DNA from: Octopus vulgaris
Lineage: Eukaryota
Length of the DNA stretch: 64,000 nucleotides
Reading direction: 5' to 3'
NCBI GenBank assembly: GCA_951406725.2
Contig: OX597818.1
Span: 35,650,001 to 35,714,000, forward strand
Shown here: one piece after another, positions 1 through 12,828 of the stretch
Layout: the number at the start of each line of letters is the position of its first letter
How positions within the stretch are numbered: position 1 is the stretch's first letter
Program-made: the position numbers and the translations under genes
The notes under the pieces: model-generated
What the model saw: the letters and a program-made list of their open reading frames with translations, nothing else
What the model was told of the DNA's origin: nothing
The model's database searches: none

Positions 1-1126
1 GATCATTTTTTGTCCTAATAAATTCACACGCGCTGGTTCTATTTCACTTATATTCCTTATGATGATGTGTTTGCTTTCTTAGGAAAACTACCTTTCTAAC
101 ATCTGTTTTAACACAGATTTCTCATCAGGGTTCTTGTAAAACAAATACAAAAATGATGCACGCACACACACACATATATATATATATATACACACACAAA
201 ACACACTGGTATACACACACACACACACATATACATACACACACATATATATATATATATATACATATATAATGTAGTATATGCATACTATAATATTATT
301 ATATTGCCAGTCTGAATCATCGTAAGTTTTATCAGATCAAAGCTTCTTTAAATAATAAATATATTGAACTATATGATACTGAGTAAAAGATGTTTAAAGA
401 AGGAAAAAGAATTTGTGTATACATAATGCGTGAGATAACAAACGAAACTGGTCTTTGTATGATGTCATCAGCGTGCGAGACAGGTGTTTCTGCGTCATCA
501 GGCTTCGTCGACCATAGGTTACTAAGTCCGCCGTTCACTGCCCACTATTAATTGCCACCTCTCTCTCCTCTCTCTCCTGTCCCTCCTCTTTTTCCTCTCT
601 CACCTCTCTCTCTCTCTCTGTCATTCTCTCTTTGTATATAGAACAAAAAGAACAAAACAAACGGAAACCAACAAAACACAACATGCGAAATAGACGATAA
701 CACGGCAAACGGCAGACAGGATAAAAACAAGATGCACGGTTCATTCTCAGCCGATTTCCTCATCAGTCGGAGTCCGGAGAGTCCTTGCAGTTTCATCCCT
801 TTATCTACGATACTACTTGAATCTGGCGGGTGCCAGGGACTTAAGCTAAATGCATTAAACCTCTGGGAAAGCAGGAACAGAAACAAAAACGAGAAAGCTA
901 GAATTATACAGGTACAACAGATTGCTTTTCAGCAATATAGTAGAAGAGAAAAATTTTTGTACAAATAAGAATAAAATAAGTAAATAAAAGAAAGGGTCTT
1001 TCGACTATCAGGCGAACGTAACCTTATGAAATAATAACGCAATGGACAAATGCTTTTCGCATATACAGCAAAAGGAAACTAATTGTACAATTGCAACATA
1101 AATAAATAACAAAAAATATATTTCGA

Positions 1127-1484
1127 CTAGCAGTATCGCCCGGCGTTGCTCAGGTTTGTAAGGGAAATAACTATAAAGCATTTTTAGAGAGTTATAGCCA
1201 AAAAATAGCAAAAAAATGGAAAGTTAAAAAAGGTGGAGTTGCGTCCCCTAGACGGTCTGTGGTTTGGGTTTCTGATTCTCGACCCCATGTCGAATTTATC
1301 GATTTTTTTTCAGAACTGGGGGAACTTTTCAAAATTTTCGCTGCGTTAGTTTTAAATTATGACATTGGGCTATGCGTGTGTCAAGTTTCATCAGAATCGG
1401 TTGAAAGCCGTGGTCAGAGTGAGGGTACGAGAAAACAGACACACAGAAAACGCACAGACAAACTGCCGTTTATATATAGAGAGA
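1127..1484 (-). mobile_element. Non-autonomous Helitron, family H1
   Basis: Minus strand begins TC and ends CTAG, between host A and T with no TSD. Subterminal hairpin CCTGAGC-AAC-GCCGGG lies just before CTAG. Near-identical copy at 32177-32559. Confidence 0.8.
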
Positions 1485-1717
1485 TTATGCGACGAGCATA
1501 GTAATCTGGCGCAAAGGAAAAGTAGAAAAAGTTAACAGACTATATATACACGCATATATATATGCATATGTATGTGTATGTATATCTATCAGTCTATCTA
1601 TTTGTGCGTGTATATGTGCATATACATATATATATATAATTGTTTGAGTAAAACTTTTCAAAGCGGTGCCCCCAGCATGGTAGCAGTCGAATGACTGAAT
1701 CAAGTAAAAGAATAAAA

Positions 1718-1765
<48 letters not shown>

Positions 1766-2013
1766 ATGTGTGTGTGCATGTGTGTGCGTGTGTGTGTATG
1801 TGTGTGTGTGTACATATATGTATGATACACATATATGTATAATTCTTTCACACAAGCTGTTCAACGTATAGACTTCTCCATTTCCAACATTTTAAAATCC
1901 AATATTTATTCTACCAGTCTTTGCCGAACCGCGCTACAAGCCATCACTGGTTGTCAAGTAGCATGGGGACAAACGCACGCACGCACACACAACATATATA
2001 CACACAAACACAT

Positions 2014-2044
<31 letters not shown>

Positions 2045-2087
2045 CACACACGCTCGTTCGCATATGTATATATAGCTGCCGCACTGT

Positions 2088-2479
2088 TATTTCTTTATTG
2101 CCCACAAGGGGCAAAACATAGAGGAAACAAACAAGGACAGACAAAGAGATGAAGTCGATTACATCGACCCCATTGCATAACTGGTACTTAATTTATCGAT
2201 CCCGAAAGGATGAAAGGCAAAGTCGACCTCGGCGGAAATTGAACTCAGAACGTAAAGACAGACGAAATACCTATTTCTTTACTACCCACAAGGGGCTAAA
2301 CACAGAGGGGACAAACAAGGACAGACAAACGGATTAAGTCTATTATATCGACCCCAGTGCGTAACTGGTACTTATTTAATCGACCCCGAAATAATGAAAG
2401 GCAAAGTCGACCTTGGCGGAATTTGAACTCAGAACGTAACGGCAGACGAAATACCTCTAAGCATTTCGCCTGGGGTGTT
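2088..2479 (-). mobile_element. tRNA-derived SINE family M, head-to-tail dimer
   Basis: Reverse complement of B box GAGTTCAAATTCC plus core GCCTTTCATCCTTTCGGGGTCGAT..AAGTACCAG and tail, present twice. More than 10 copies in the window. Confidence 0.8.
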
Positions 2480-2519
2480 TCTATCTACCAAGTTCTGTTT
2501 CTATCTACTGTTTCTATCT

Positions 2520-2948
2520 CTTTTACTCTTTTAATTGTTTCAGTCATTTGACTGTGGCAATGCTGGGAGCACCGCCTTTAGTCGAGCAAATCGACCCCAG
2601 GACTTATTCTCTGTAAGCCTAGTACTTATTCTATCGGTCTCTTTTGCCGAACCGCTAAGTTGCGGAGACGTAAACACACCACCATCGGTTGTCAAGCCAC
2701 GTTGGGGGGATAAACGCAGACACACAAACACACACACACAAATACAGACACACAAACATACACACACACATATACATATATACGATGGGCTTCTTTCAGT
2801 TTCCGTCTACCAAATCCACTCATAAGGCTTTGGTCGGCCCGAGGCTATAGTAGAAGACACTTGCCCAAGGTACCACGCAGTGGGACTGAACCCGGAACCA
2901 TGTGGTTGGTAAGCAAGCCACTTACCACACAGCCGCTCCTACACCTAT
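2520..2948 (-). mobile_element. tRNA-derived SINE family C (CORE-like ACCTTGGGCAAGTG segment)
   Basis: Matches the full-length copy at 34636-35041. Flanked by the direct repeat CTATCTACCAAGTTCT (~2481 and ~2945). A second partial C head follows at ~2976-3115. Confidence 0.8.
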
Positions 2949-3734
2949 CTACCAAGTTCTATCTACCAAGTCCGCACTGTTCCTATCTACCAAGTTCACT
3001 CGCAGGGTATAAGACGGCTCGGGGCTATAGTAGAAGGCACTTGCTCAAGGTTCCACGCAGTGGGACTGAAACCAAAACCACGTGAGTGCTGAGCGAGTTT
3101 CTTGCCTCAGCCTATAGAAAAAAATAGTCATTAGATCCGCAAATAATCCAACCTAAGGTGGGATTACTTGAGTGTGTAATAGCAGGTGGCCCACCTGCTA
3201 TCAGCCACGCGACCATTCAACAAGTTCTTCAGAAACACGTATGTGTGTGCGTGTGCGTGTGTGTATGTGTGGCGGTGGTTACAGGATAATGAAACGAGAG
3301 AAAGAAAAGCACACAGAAGAATATTAATAATAATAATAAAATAAGGGGAGAGGAGAAGAGAGAAAAGAAGAGCGCAATAACTATTTGACCTGGATGATTA
3401 ATCAAAAACCAGCTGGTTTAGGGGATGGAAAACTTCCTTTGTTCACTAAAGGTATTAAGTGTTTATACTTCTGCAAGCCGTTGCCATTCACGACTGGGGA
3501 ACTAATACATGCTTGCAATATATACATTCATAATTACACAGCCTGCCCCCCAACAGAGAGCAAGAGTGAGAGAGGGGCGAAAGTTGTGGAGAGGGAGGGA
3601 GAGTTGTGGAGGGCGACAGAGAGTGGTGAGAGAAAAGGAGAGTCTATAAATCTATGTCAAAGCAGGAAAAACGCGTGCATCGGCAAAATAAGCGCTACAT
3701 ATTGTAAGCTCTCTCTCACTCTCTCTCGGTCACT

Positions 3735-3743
3735 ATCTATCTA

Positions 3744-3806
<63 letters not shown>

Positions 3807-3837
3807 GTCTGTCTGTCTATCTGTCTGTCTATCAATC

Positions 3838-3869
<32 letters not shown>

Positions 3870-3946
3870 GTCTGTCTGTCTGTCTATCAATCATCTATCT
3901 ATCTATCTGTCTGTCTATCAATCATCTATCTGTCTGTCTATCAATC

Positions 3947-4003
<57 letters not shown>

Positions 4004-4143
4004 CCTATCTATCTGTATGTCTACCTGTCTATCTGTCTATCTATCTACCTGTCTACCTACATGTCTAACTGTCTGTCTGTCTGTCTACCTGTCTAACTGT
4101 CTGTCTGTCTGTCTACCTGTCTACCTACTTGTCTACCTGTCTG

Positions 4144-4192
<49 letters not shown>
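3735..4192. repeat. Compound (TCTA)n/(TCTG)n microsatellite
   Basis: Directly visible. Confidence 0.95.
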
Positions 4193-4194
<2 letters not shown>

Positions 4195-4522
4195 CCACAT
4201 CTCTGAGCCTCTATCTCTGACGCACACATGCACGCGCATACCTTTATACACACAGGTAAAGGCTGATCTCACACGTGGCATTGTTATCATTTATGACGTC
4301 CTGCCTGTAGGCCCTGTGGCACGTGGCAGAACCAGCTTGCTGCGGTTTTAACGCGTACCTTCACGTTAGCGCCTGCCATTGTTAAGTTACCGACTCGCTC
4401 CATACATTTCTTTGTTGACAGTCGAGCTTCTTTACCCCCTTTCTCTATCTCACTACCTCTTTCTGTATACACATAGATATATATATGACTGTGTGTGAGA
4501 GTGAGTAGATAGCTAGGCAGAT

Positions 4523-4580
<58 letters not shown>

Positions 4581-4911
4581 TGATAGATAGATAGATAGAT
4601 ACCACTCTGTCTTTCCCAGTCTTTCATAGCCTCTTTGTTAAATTGTTCTGTCATTCAGTTCAAGTATATGCAAATACCCTTCCTACCTTCTTCCCCCACT
4701 TCCTTCCTTCTTCCTTCCTTCCTTACTTACTTTCCGTCTTACTTTTCCCGCCATCTCACTGTTTTTCTTTTCTTCTTTCTTTACCTCTTGCGTCTGCACA
4801 ACACTCCCGCTCTTTCCTTATCAATCTCCTTTTACATATCGACATCTTTCTAAATCGTCATATCTCCTCCCATATTATATGTCTATTAGTCTACTTGGCT
4901 CTCTGCCTGTC

Positions 4912-5144
4912 TGGCGAGCTTGGCAGAAACGTTAGCACGCCGGGCGAGCGAAATGCGTAGCCGTATTTCGTCTGCCGTTACGTTCTGAGTTCAAATTCCG
5001 CTGAGGTTGACTTTGCCTTTCATCCTTTCGTGGTCGATTAAATAAGTACCAATTTCGCACTGGTGTCGATTTAATCGACTTAATCCGTTTGTCTGTCCTT
5101 GTTTGTCCCCTCTGTGTTTAGCCCCTTGTGGGCAGTAAAGAAAT
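4912..5144 (+). mobile_element. SINE family M monomer
   Basis: GGCGAGCTTGGCAGAAACGTTAG head, B box GAGTTCAAATTCC, core, tail ending GTAAAGAAAT. Confidence 0.85.
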
Positions 5145-5413
5145 GTATCTGAACACCTACCCTCTCATACCTTATACACACACACACACAACAACAGCAT
5201 CATTTTCTTCTTCTGTTTCTTTTACTTGTTTCAGTCATTTGACTGCGGCCATGCTGGAGCTCCGCCTTTAATCGAACAAATCGACCCCGGGATTTATTCT
5301 TTCTAAGCCTAGTACTTATTCTATCGGTCTGTTTTGCTAAACCGATAGGTTATAGGGACGCAAACTCGCCAACATCGGTTGCCAAGCGATTGTGTGAGGA
5401 CAAACAAAGACAC

Positions 5414-5449
<36 letters not shown>

Positions 5450-5611
5450 GTTATCGCCATACTAATATGGCATTCTTATAAAAATAAGAATAAAGCTGTC
5501 CGCTTATTATTCCATGAGGCCATCGCCTTAAGTTAGCTATTTGATACACAAACTGTATCCATATAACCTTCGAACAAGAGAGGTCAGTCGCTCCACACTA
5601 CTTGAACGGCA

Positions 5612-5653
5612 GCTACAGACGCGTTTCGGGGTATTGCCCCTTTTCAATGCAGC
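5612..5653 (-). ncRNA. Minimal type I hammerhead ribozyme motif (U3-A8 core), left-arm copy
   Basis: Exact reverse complement of 5866-5907. Confidence 0.75.
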
Positions 5654-5865
5654 GTAGCCAGCCAGTAGGTGTCGCTTCCGACAATCTCTGTTCGATGGTT
5701 TTATTTACCTAGTTTCGGTGGAATACATCCACTTGTTTTCAATAATAGAAATATTAAAATTTTAATATTTCTATTATTGAAAACAAGTGGATGTATTCCA
5801 CTGAAACTAGGTAAATAAAACCATCGAACAGAGATTGTCGGAAGCGACACCTACTGGCTGGCTAC

Positions 5866-5907
5866 GCTGCATTGAAAAGGGGCAATACCCCGAAACGCGT
5901 CTGTAGC
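5866..5907 (+). ncRNA. Minimal type I hammerhead ribozyme motif (U3-A8 core)
   Basis: gctgca-TTGAAAA-gggg caata cccc-GAAA-CGCG-TC-tgtagc. Stem I gctgca/tgtagc, stem II gggg/cccc, palindromic stem III ACGCGT, GUC cleavage triplet. Confidence 0.75.
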
Positions 5908-6133
5908 TGCCGGTCAAGTAGTGTGGAGCGACTAACCTCCCTTGTTCGAAGGTTATATGGATACAGTTTGTGTATCAAATAGCTAACTTAAGGCGATGGC
6001 CTCATGGAGCTAATAAGCGGACAGCTTTATTCTTATTTTTATAAGAATGTCATATTAGTATGGCGATAACTATTATTTTCCGGGAACGCTGCCGCTGTTC
6101 TCTTTTAGAGAGACTTAGTAATTTTAATATTTC

Positions 6134-6164
<31 letters not shown>

Positions 6165-6167
<3 letters not shown>

Positions 6168-6394
6168 CGGTGAGCTGGCAGAAATGTTAGTGCGCCGGGC
6201 GAAATGCTTGGCGGTATTTCGTCTATCGTTACGTTCCGAGTTCAAATTCCGCCGAGGTCGACTTTGCCTCTCATCCTCACGGAGTCGGTAAATAAAGTAC
6301 CAGTTTCGTACTGGGTCGATGTCATCGACTTAATCCGTTTGTCTGTCCTTGTTTGTCCTCTCTATGTTTAACCCCTTGTGGGTAGTAAAGAAAT
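6165..6394 (+). mobile_element. SINE family M monomer
   Basis: Head, B box, core and tail as in other copies. Inserted in (TA)n. Confidence 0.85.
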
Positions 6395-7270
6395 GTATAT
6401 ATATATATAAGACGGGCTTCTTTCAGTTTCCGTCTACCAAATCCACTCACAAGGCTTCGGTCGGTCCGAGGCTATAGTAGTAGACACTTGTCCAAGTTGC
6501 CACACAGTGGGACTGAACCTGGAACCATGTGGTTAGAAAGCAAGCTTCTTCCCACACATCCATCCTTCGCCTACATATATTTCTTTCTAATTTTGACATG
6601 GGTTCGGCAGTTTTGATGAAAGTCGATTACGTCACCCTCAGGACTTGACCGATACTTATCTTATCGACCCCGAAAAGAGGAAAGGTAAAGTCGACTTCGG
6701 CGGCATTCGAACTCAAACCGTAAAGAGCTGGAAGAAATGGCGCGAAGCACATTTTCCGGTGTTCTAACGATTCTGTCTGCTCCACCCCCTTGCTATTATT
6801 GTATATGCATATAATTCCCTTTCTCCCTCTCTCTCTCTTTATCCCCCCCCACATCCTTCCTCTCCACCTCCCTCTCTCTAATCGTCTCAATACCTGTCTT
6901 TATTTACCAGCTGTCGAATCCGCTATGTTTGCAGGCAGGTGTCACTGAAGAGGGATGGTATGAGAGGACAGTGTGCGGAACACACTGCTTGCCCTCCAAC
7001 TTCCAGCCTAGCGGACTCCTCTGTCTAGAAGTCTTTAAGCAGACTATCTTGTCTACGCCTGTGTTGAGTGGGGTTTCTGTTATGATCTGCAATTAAAAGT
7101 AGGTCGGCATTAAAGGATTGTTTTTCATCTCTATGGTAGTTGACATACACTAAATACATAAATCATATATGAGTGCTTGCATTTGTATGTGTATGTACGC
7201 ATGTGTTTGCGCGCGCGTAACCATTATATATAACATATTCATACACACACATGTATGTATATATATCTAT

Positions 7271-7355
<85 letters not shown>

Positions 7356-8194
7356 TGTATGTATACTTACACACACACACACACATACAAATAATTATAT
7401 AACAAACGTTATATAATAACGTGTCAGTGCATTACAGCTGTTTCTAACGCATTTTAATAGTTGAATGAGTACAAAACATCATAGCAAAAAAAAAAAGAAG
7501 TTTTTATCAGATGATACATAAAATTTCAAATAATAGAAAAACACTCCATGAACACATGTAGACTTCAGAAACAGCTGTAAGCTGACATTTGTCCATCTTT
7601 TATTATTTATTTATTTGCTTAGAATACGGCAAAAGAGATTCGGGACCCGTAGAATATCAAACACCACGTAACCAACATAACGTGCGCTTCGGACCAGCCC
7701 GTAGACGTTAAATACTCGTAAGGGTTGAATTTTCTGTATACGAAATCACAATAATTTCAGTGCTATAATTAGCAAAATAGAAACCGGTTGACAAACATAA
7801 TACTATTTCACTTATAAAATATCTAAAAAATTATATTAAAACTATGTAAATTGTGTGCATTTTCCTTCTTTTATTTTATGTATATATATTTTGCATTACA
7901 ACAACCACGTGGGGATAATGTAAATTTTCCTCCTCCCTTTTTTACTCTATATATAATCTTCACGTTACTCAGAACCTGCTATTATATGTGGAGTCCATTA
8001 AGTGCAGTACAATTGGTGCAGTGCGTGTTAGTTAATAAAACTTTGAGACTCATAACATAGTTGGATGCAATTTATTGTTCATATAGCTGCGCTTCGGTAT
8101 GTAGGTATTCGCTTCTGTGATTTTGGAATATAAACGATTTTTTTTGTTACCCAACCCAGTGCTGTACCATTTAAGTTTTACTTGAATCCTGAAT

Positions 8195-8248
<54 letters not shown>

Positions 8249-9762
8249 TGGTTATTATGGTAGTTTTGACTTTAAGAGTCCCTCCTAGCGTGAGGTATTT
8301 ATGTATAGTAATGCCCTTAATATAAATAAATATATTTATAGGGAATAATTAATAAATTTTTCCCTAATGAGATTTTTCCGGCGAACTACTTGATAAATTC
8401 TTATAAAGATTTTATCCTATATTTAAATTATATATATATGCGACGGGCTTCTTTCAGTTTCCATGTACCAAATCCTCTCACAATGCCCAAAACTATAGTA
8501 GAAGACACTTGACCAAGGCGCCACGCAAGTGGGACTGAACACAGACGGAACGGTGTGCTTGAGAAACTCAACCACGACAACGGTTGTTTTTCATTTTTCT
8601 TTCTTAAATTGAACTACTATTAATATGATACAATGAAATTCTCATCCATGAATTGATACATACTTACGTATTCCGAATCTATAATCATTTCCGTTACGAA
8701 GAAATGATAGTCAACCATCAAGATATGTGTTCAGTTGTTAAACGTGTTCTTTTGTCATTACTACATGAAGTAAGATCTTTATATAAAGAAGGTACTGAAA
8801 CTGTATTCACAATTTGCTCAACTTTCCTTGTTGTTCCCGCGGTGGAAGGCCTTTCACTTACACGTTTCTTTTCATAGTCGCAAGAATGATATATATCATT
8901 TTCGAATTTTAAGATTTTCTTTTATTCGACATTATTTCATCTCGAATTCAAAGACACCGAATTCTTTAATATTTCTTGATGTAGAACACCGTTCCTTGGG
9001 GGTTGCTGTAAGATTTTGTTAGAATTCATGTGCAATGAAATCTATTATACTCCTACAATACACAATACTTTTAGTTTATATTTCATTATTTCAGAGTCAA
9101 GACCTCTTTTTTAGAAAATATTCGGAGGAATGGTGTTTAGAACTGACTTACCTCTCCTGTAGTATTTGTATATTTTCTTTATCTTGGTAGCCATTTAAAC
9201 TTTCCATTTTCTTCAAACTCGGTGCATTGGAAACATCATTTACTTATAACCTCCGCCTTGGCAGAGCAGGAAAAGAGAAAACAAATAAGAAATGGAAAAT
9301 TTCGATGGAATTTTGTGAGGTACGCAAAAAGCAAAGAAACTGAAAAGAATGTATTAAAGTTTAAACATATTATAAGAGTAAAGTTACCCACGGATGTGTA
9401 TTCCGAGAATGTGAAGGCCATCGTGATTGGCAAGGATACCTACAACAGACTAAAGGACATGTGTGGAGAAGGGATTGACCCGCCAGGAGTGATGATGGAG
9501 TTTGATGAATTGCCACTAGTAGTGGAACTAAAAGATTGCAAGTACTTTTCTAATTGATTCCATTCTTAACCCTCTCAGAACTGGGCCACTGTGGCTAATT
9601 TTACCCCCCATCTAGGCTCCCGAGCAGAAAAAAATAGTTACATATACCAGCCACATGGTTCTGGGTTCATGGCACATTGGACAAATGTCTTCTACTATAG
9701 CCTCGGGCTGACCAAAGTCTTGTGGGTGGATTTGGTAGACGGAAACTGAAAGAAGACCGATT

Positions 9763-9942
9763 GATCGCTAGCCACTACACATTCTTTATTTTCTCTCCTC
9801 CCTTTCTTTCTGCGTTCCTTTCTGTGGAAGAGCGTAGGTTCGAAACGTTAAAGGCTTTTTCACTAACCCGAGCGTTATACTATTACATCTGTTTGTTGTC
9901 TACACCACCTGTCTTCGTCTTTAGTTTTTTGTGAATTCTCCC
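9763..9942 (+). mobile_element. Short HHR-bearing Penelope-like repeat, family P2 copy 1
   Basis: Homologous to 20883-21075 and 49286-49494 (both minus). All three abut TA/GA microsatellites. Confidence 0.7.
9817..9854 (+). ncRNA. Minimal type I hammerhead-like motif, A6U core variant
   Basis: ccttt-CTGTGGA-A-gagc gtag gttc-GAAA-CG-TT-aaagg. Confidence 0.6.
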
Positions 9943-10018
<76 letters not shown>

Positions 10019-10041
10019 TACATATATATATACATATATAC

Positions 10042-10090
<49 letters not shown>

Positions 10091-10107
10091 CATATATATA
10101 TACATAC

Positions 10108-10154
<47 letters not shown>

Positions 10155-10423
10155 CATATATATATACATACATATATATATACATACATACATATATATA
10201 TATATAATATATATATATACATACATATATATATACATACATATATATATACATACATATATATATATACATTCATATATATATACATAATATATATATA
10301 CATACATATATATATACATACATACATATATATATATATACACATATATATATACATACATATATATATACATACATATATATATACATACATATATATA
10401 TACATACATATATATATACATAC

Positions 10424-10463
<40 letters not shown>

Positions 10464-10490
10464 TTGTGTGTGTATGTATGTATGTATATA

Positions 10491-10541
<51 letters not shown>

Positions 10542-10552
10542 ATACATATATG
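9943..10552. repeat. Compound (TA)n/(TACA)n/(TG)n microsatellite
   Basis: Directly visible. Confidence 0.95.
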
Positions 10553-11310
10553 TTTGTGTGTCTGAGTTTGTCCCCCACCCCCAATATCGCTTGACAACCG
10601 AAGCAGGTGTGTTTACGTCCCCGTAACGTAGCGGTTCTCAAAAGAGACCGCTAGGATAGGCATTAGTCTTACAAAGGATAAGTTCTGGGACGATTTGCTC
10701 GACTAAATGCCGTGCCTCAGCATAACCGCAGACAAATGACTGAAATAAGTAAAAAAAATTACGGCTCAAGAGCAATGATTGCAGGCGAAGTTATGAACAG
10801 AATCGGCTGCATCTTCTGCATATGTTGTTCATTATCTCTTTACCGGTAATCTCTATAGAGACAATAGTGGTAATGCGGCGTGACACGGTGAATATGGTGT
10901 TTCGTGCAAGCACAATATTTTTGAATGGACTTCATGGATTCTTTGTAAGGACAAGCAAAGAACAGATTGTTCTTATTGTACGAATATGTCACTATATTTG
11001 TATCAGAATGTAGAGCAGCACGTAGACTAATGTCTGAAAAAACTAGGAAAAAGATTCATTTAAAGTGCTATGCTGAAAGTATTGTAGGAAGTGGGAGGAG
11101 ATATATGATAAATATATTCAATAATGAAATAATTCTCAATAGAGAAACAGTTACGAAGACAGTTATTATTTTATGATGTTAACCTGCTGAACTAAATTCA
11201 ATATATTTAGGGGAAAATCAAAACGTTTCCAAAATGAAATCGTTCCAAGTTAGAATGGCGCCACATTTCTTTACATAAAACTAAATTTACGATGAACGTT
11301 CTATACGCTA

Positions 11311-11745
11311 GAGCGTCGAGCTGGCAGAAACGTTAGCATGCCGGGCAAGATGCGTAGCAGTATTTCGTCTGTCTTTACGTCCTGAGTTCAAATTCCGCCG
11401 AGGTCGACTTTGCCTTTCATCCTTTCGGGGCCGATAAATTAAGAACCAATTACGCACTGGGGTCAACGTAATCGACTTAATCCGTTTGTCTAAACTTGTT
11501 TGTCCCTTTTATGTTTAGTCCCTTGTGGGTGATAAAAAAAATTAGAAACGTTAGCAAGCTGGGCAAAATGCATAGCCGTATTTCGTCTAACTCTACGTTC
11601 TCAGTTCAAATTCCGCCGAGGTCGTCTTTGCCTTTCATCCTTTCGGGGTCAATAAATTAAGTATTAGTTGCGTATTAGGATCGATCTAATCGACTGGGCC
11701 CCTCCCCCAAAATTTCGGGCCTTGTGCCTAGATTAGAAAAGAATG
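11311..11745 (+). mobile_element. SINE family M dimer; second unit has alternative tail B
   Basis: Two B box+core units. The second ends ...CCCCTCCCCCAAAATTTCGGGCCTTGTGCCTAGATTAGAAAAGAAT. Confidence 0.75.
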
Positions 11746-11764
11746 TTGTATACGCTGTATTATC

Positions 11765-12347
11765 CTTTCTGATATAGGTACAAGGCTTGATATTTGGAGG
11801 AGGAGTAAGTCGAATACATTGACACCAGTATGTAACTGGTATTTAATTCATCGACACCCCAAAAGGGTGAAAGACAAAGTCGACCTCGGCGGGATTTGAA
11901 CTCAAAAAGCTAAGAACGGACGAAATACCACGGACCTCTTTGCCCGGCATGCTAACGATTCTTTTCTACTCTAGGCACAAAGCTCGATATCTTGGGGAGG
12001 GGGCCAGTTGATTAGATCGACCCCAGTATGCAACTAGTAATTAATTTATCGATGAAAAGCAAAGTCGACCTCGGCGGAATTTGAACTCAGGACATAAAGA
12101 CAGACAAAATACCTATTTCTTTACTACCCACAAGAGGCTAAACACAGAGAGGACAAACAAGGACAGACAAACGGATTTAGATGATTCCATCGACCCCAGT
12201 GCGTAACTGGTGCTTAATTTATCGACCCCGAAAGGATGAAAGGCAAAGTCGACCTCAGCGGAATTTGAACTCAGAACGCAGCGGCGGACGAAATACCACG
12301 AAACATTTCGCCCGGCGTGCTAACGTTTCTGCCAGCTCGCCGCCTTT
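11765..12347 (-). mobile_element. SINE family M multimer
   Basis: Three reverse-strand core/B-box units, ending at the head ...GCCAGCTCGCCGCCTT. Confidence 0.75.
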
Positions 12348-12487
12348 ATAAGCAATTTTCTGAAATGGAAGTTGATAACGCACTGAAATGTAGATCCAGT
12401 CAGCTAACAGTTCAGTTTTGGAGTTGAGAGATAATTACGAAATTCAAAAGAATTCCGGTCCTACTAAGGATTTGAAATCCAGAAGTA

Positions 12488-12552
<65 letters not shown>

Positions 12553-12686
12553 CACACACTTGTATGTATGTATGTTTATCTATCTATCTATCTATACAGA
12601 GAGAATGATATATATATAAATAAAAATGGCTATGCCGCTCTCTCTCTCTCCAGCTATGTATGTGAGTTTAACTAGCTACTTTAGCT

Positions 12687-12717
<31 letters not shown>

Positions 12718-12793
12718 ATGTGTGCATGCATGTATGTGAGCGTGTATGTATGTGTGTGCATGTGAGTTTGTGTGAGTGCGTGTGCCTGTGTGT

Positions 12794-12828
<35 letters not shown>

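Larger units (their letters stand above)
5444..6139. mobile_element. Fold-back Penelope-pLTR-like / retrozyme-like element
   Basis: Arms 5444-5759 and 5760-6076 are near-perfect reverse complements with no spacer (centre AAAA|TTTT). Each arm has an HHR motif. Extension 6077-6139 ends with a direct repeat of the right-arm start (TTTTAATATTTCTATTAT). Flanked by (TA)n. Confidence 0.75.
5218..6573 (-). mobile_element. SINE family C split at its internal (TA)n by two insertions
   Basis: 3' half at 5218-5420 and 5' half at 6410-6573. The gap holds the fold-back HHR element (5444-6139) and an M SINE (6165-6394). Confidence 0.75.
9590..10755 (+). mobile_element. SINE family C, interrupted by an HHR element and a long TA/TACA microsatellite
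   Basis: Head/core at ~9645-9760 and tail at 10545-10755 (GCTTGACAACCG...TGACTGAAATAAGTAAAA). The 5' boundary is approximate. Confidence 0.65.

Noticed and set aside
112-135. CTGATGAGAAATC on the minus strand
   Set aside because: No stem II or III and no flanking stem I; expected by chance.
735-815. CTGATGA and GAAAC on the minus strand as a possible type II hammerhead
   Set aside because: Stems II and III cannot be formed convincingly.
10780-11260. Possible CR1-like LINE 3' remnant (YKESMKSIQKYC on the minus strand)
   Set aside because: A single weak motif; too little to call.
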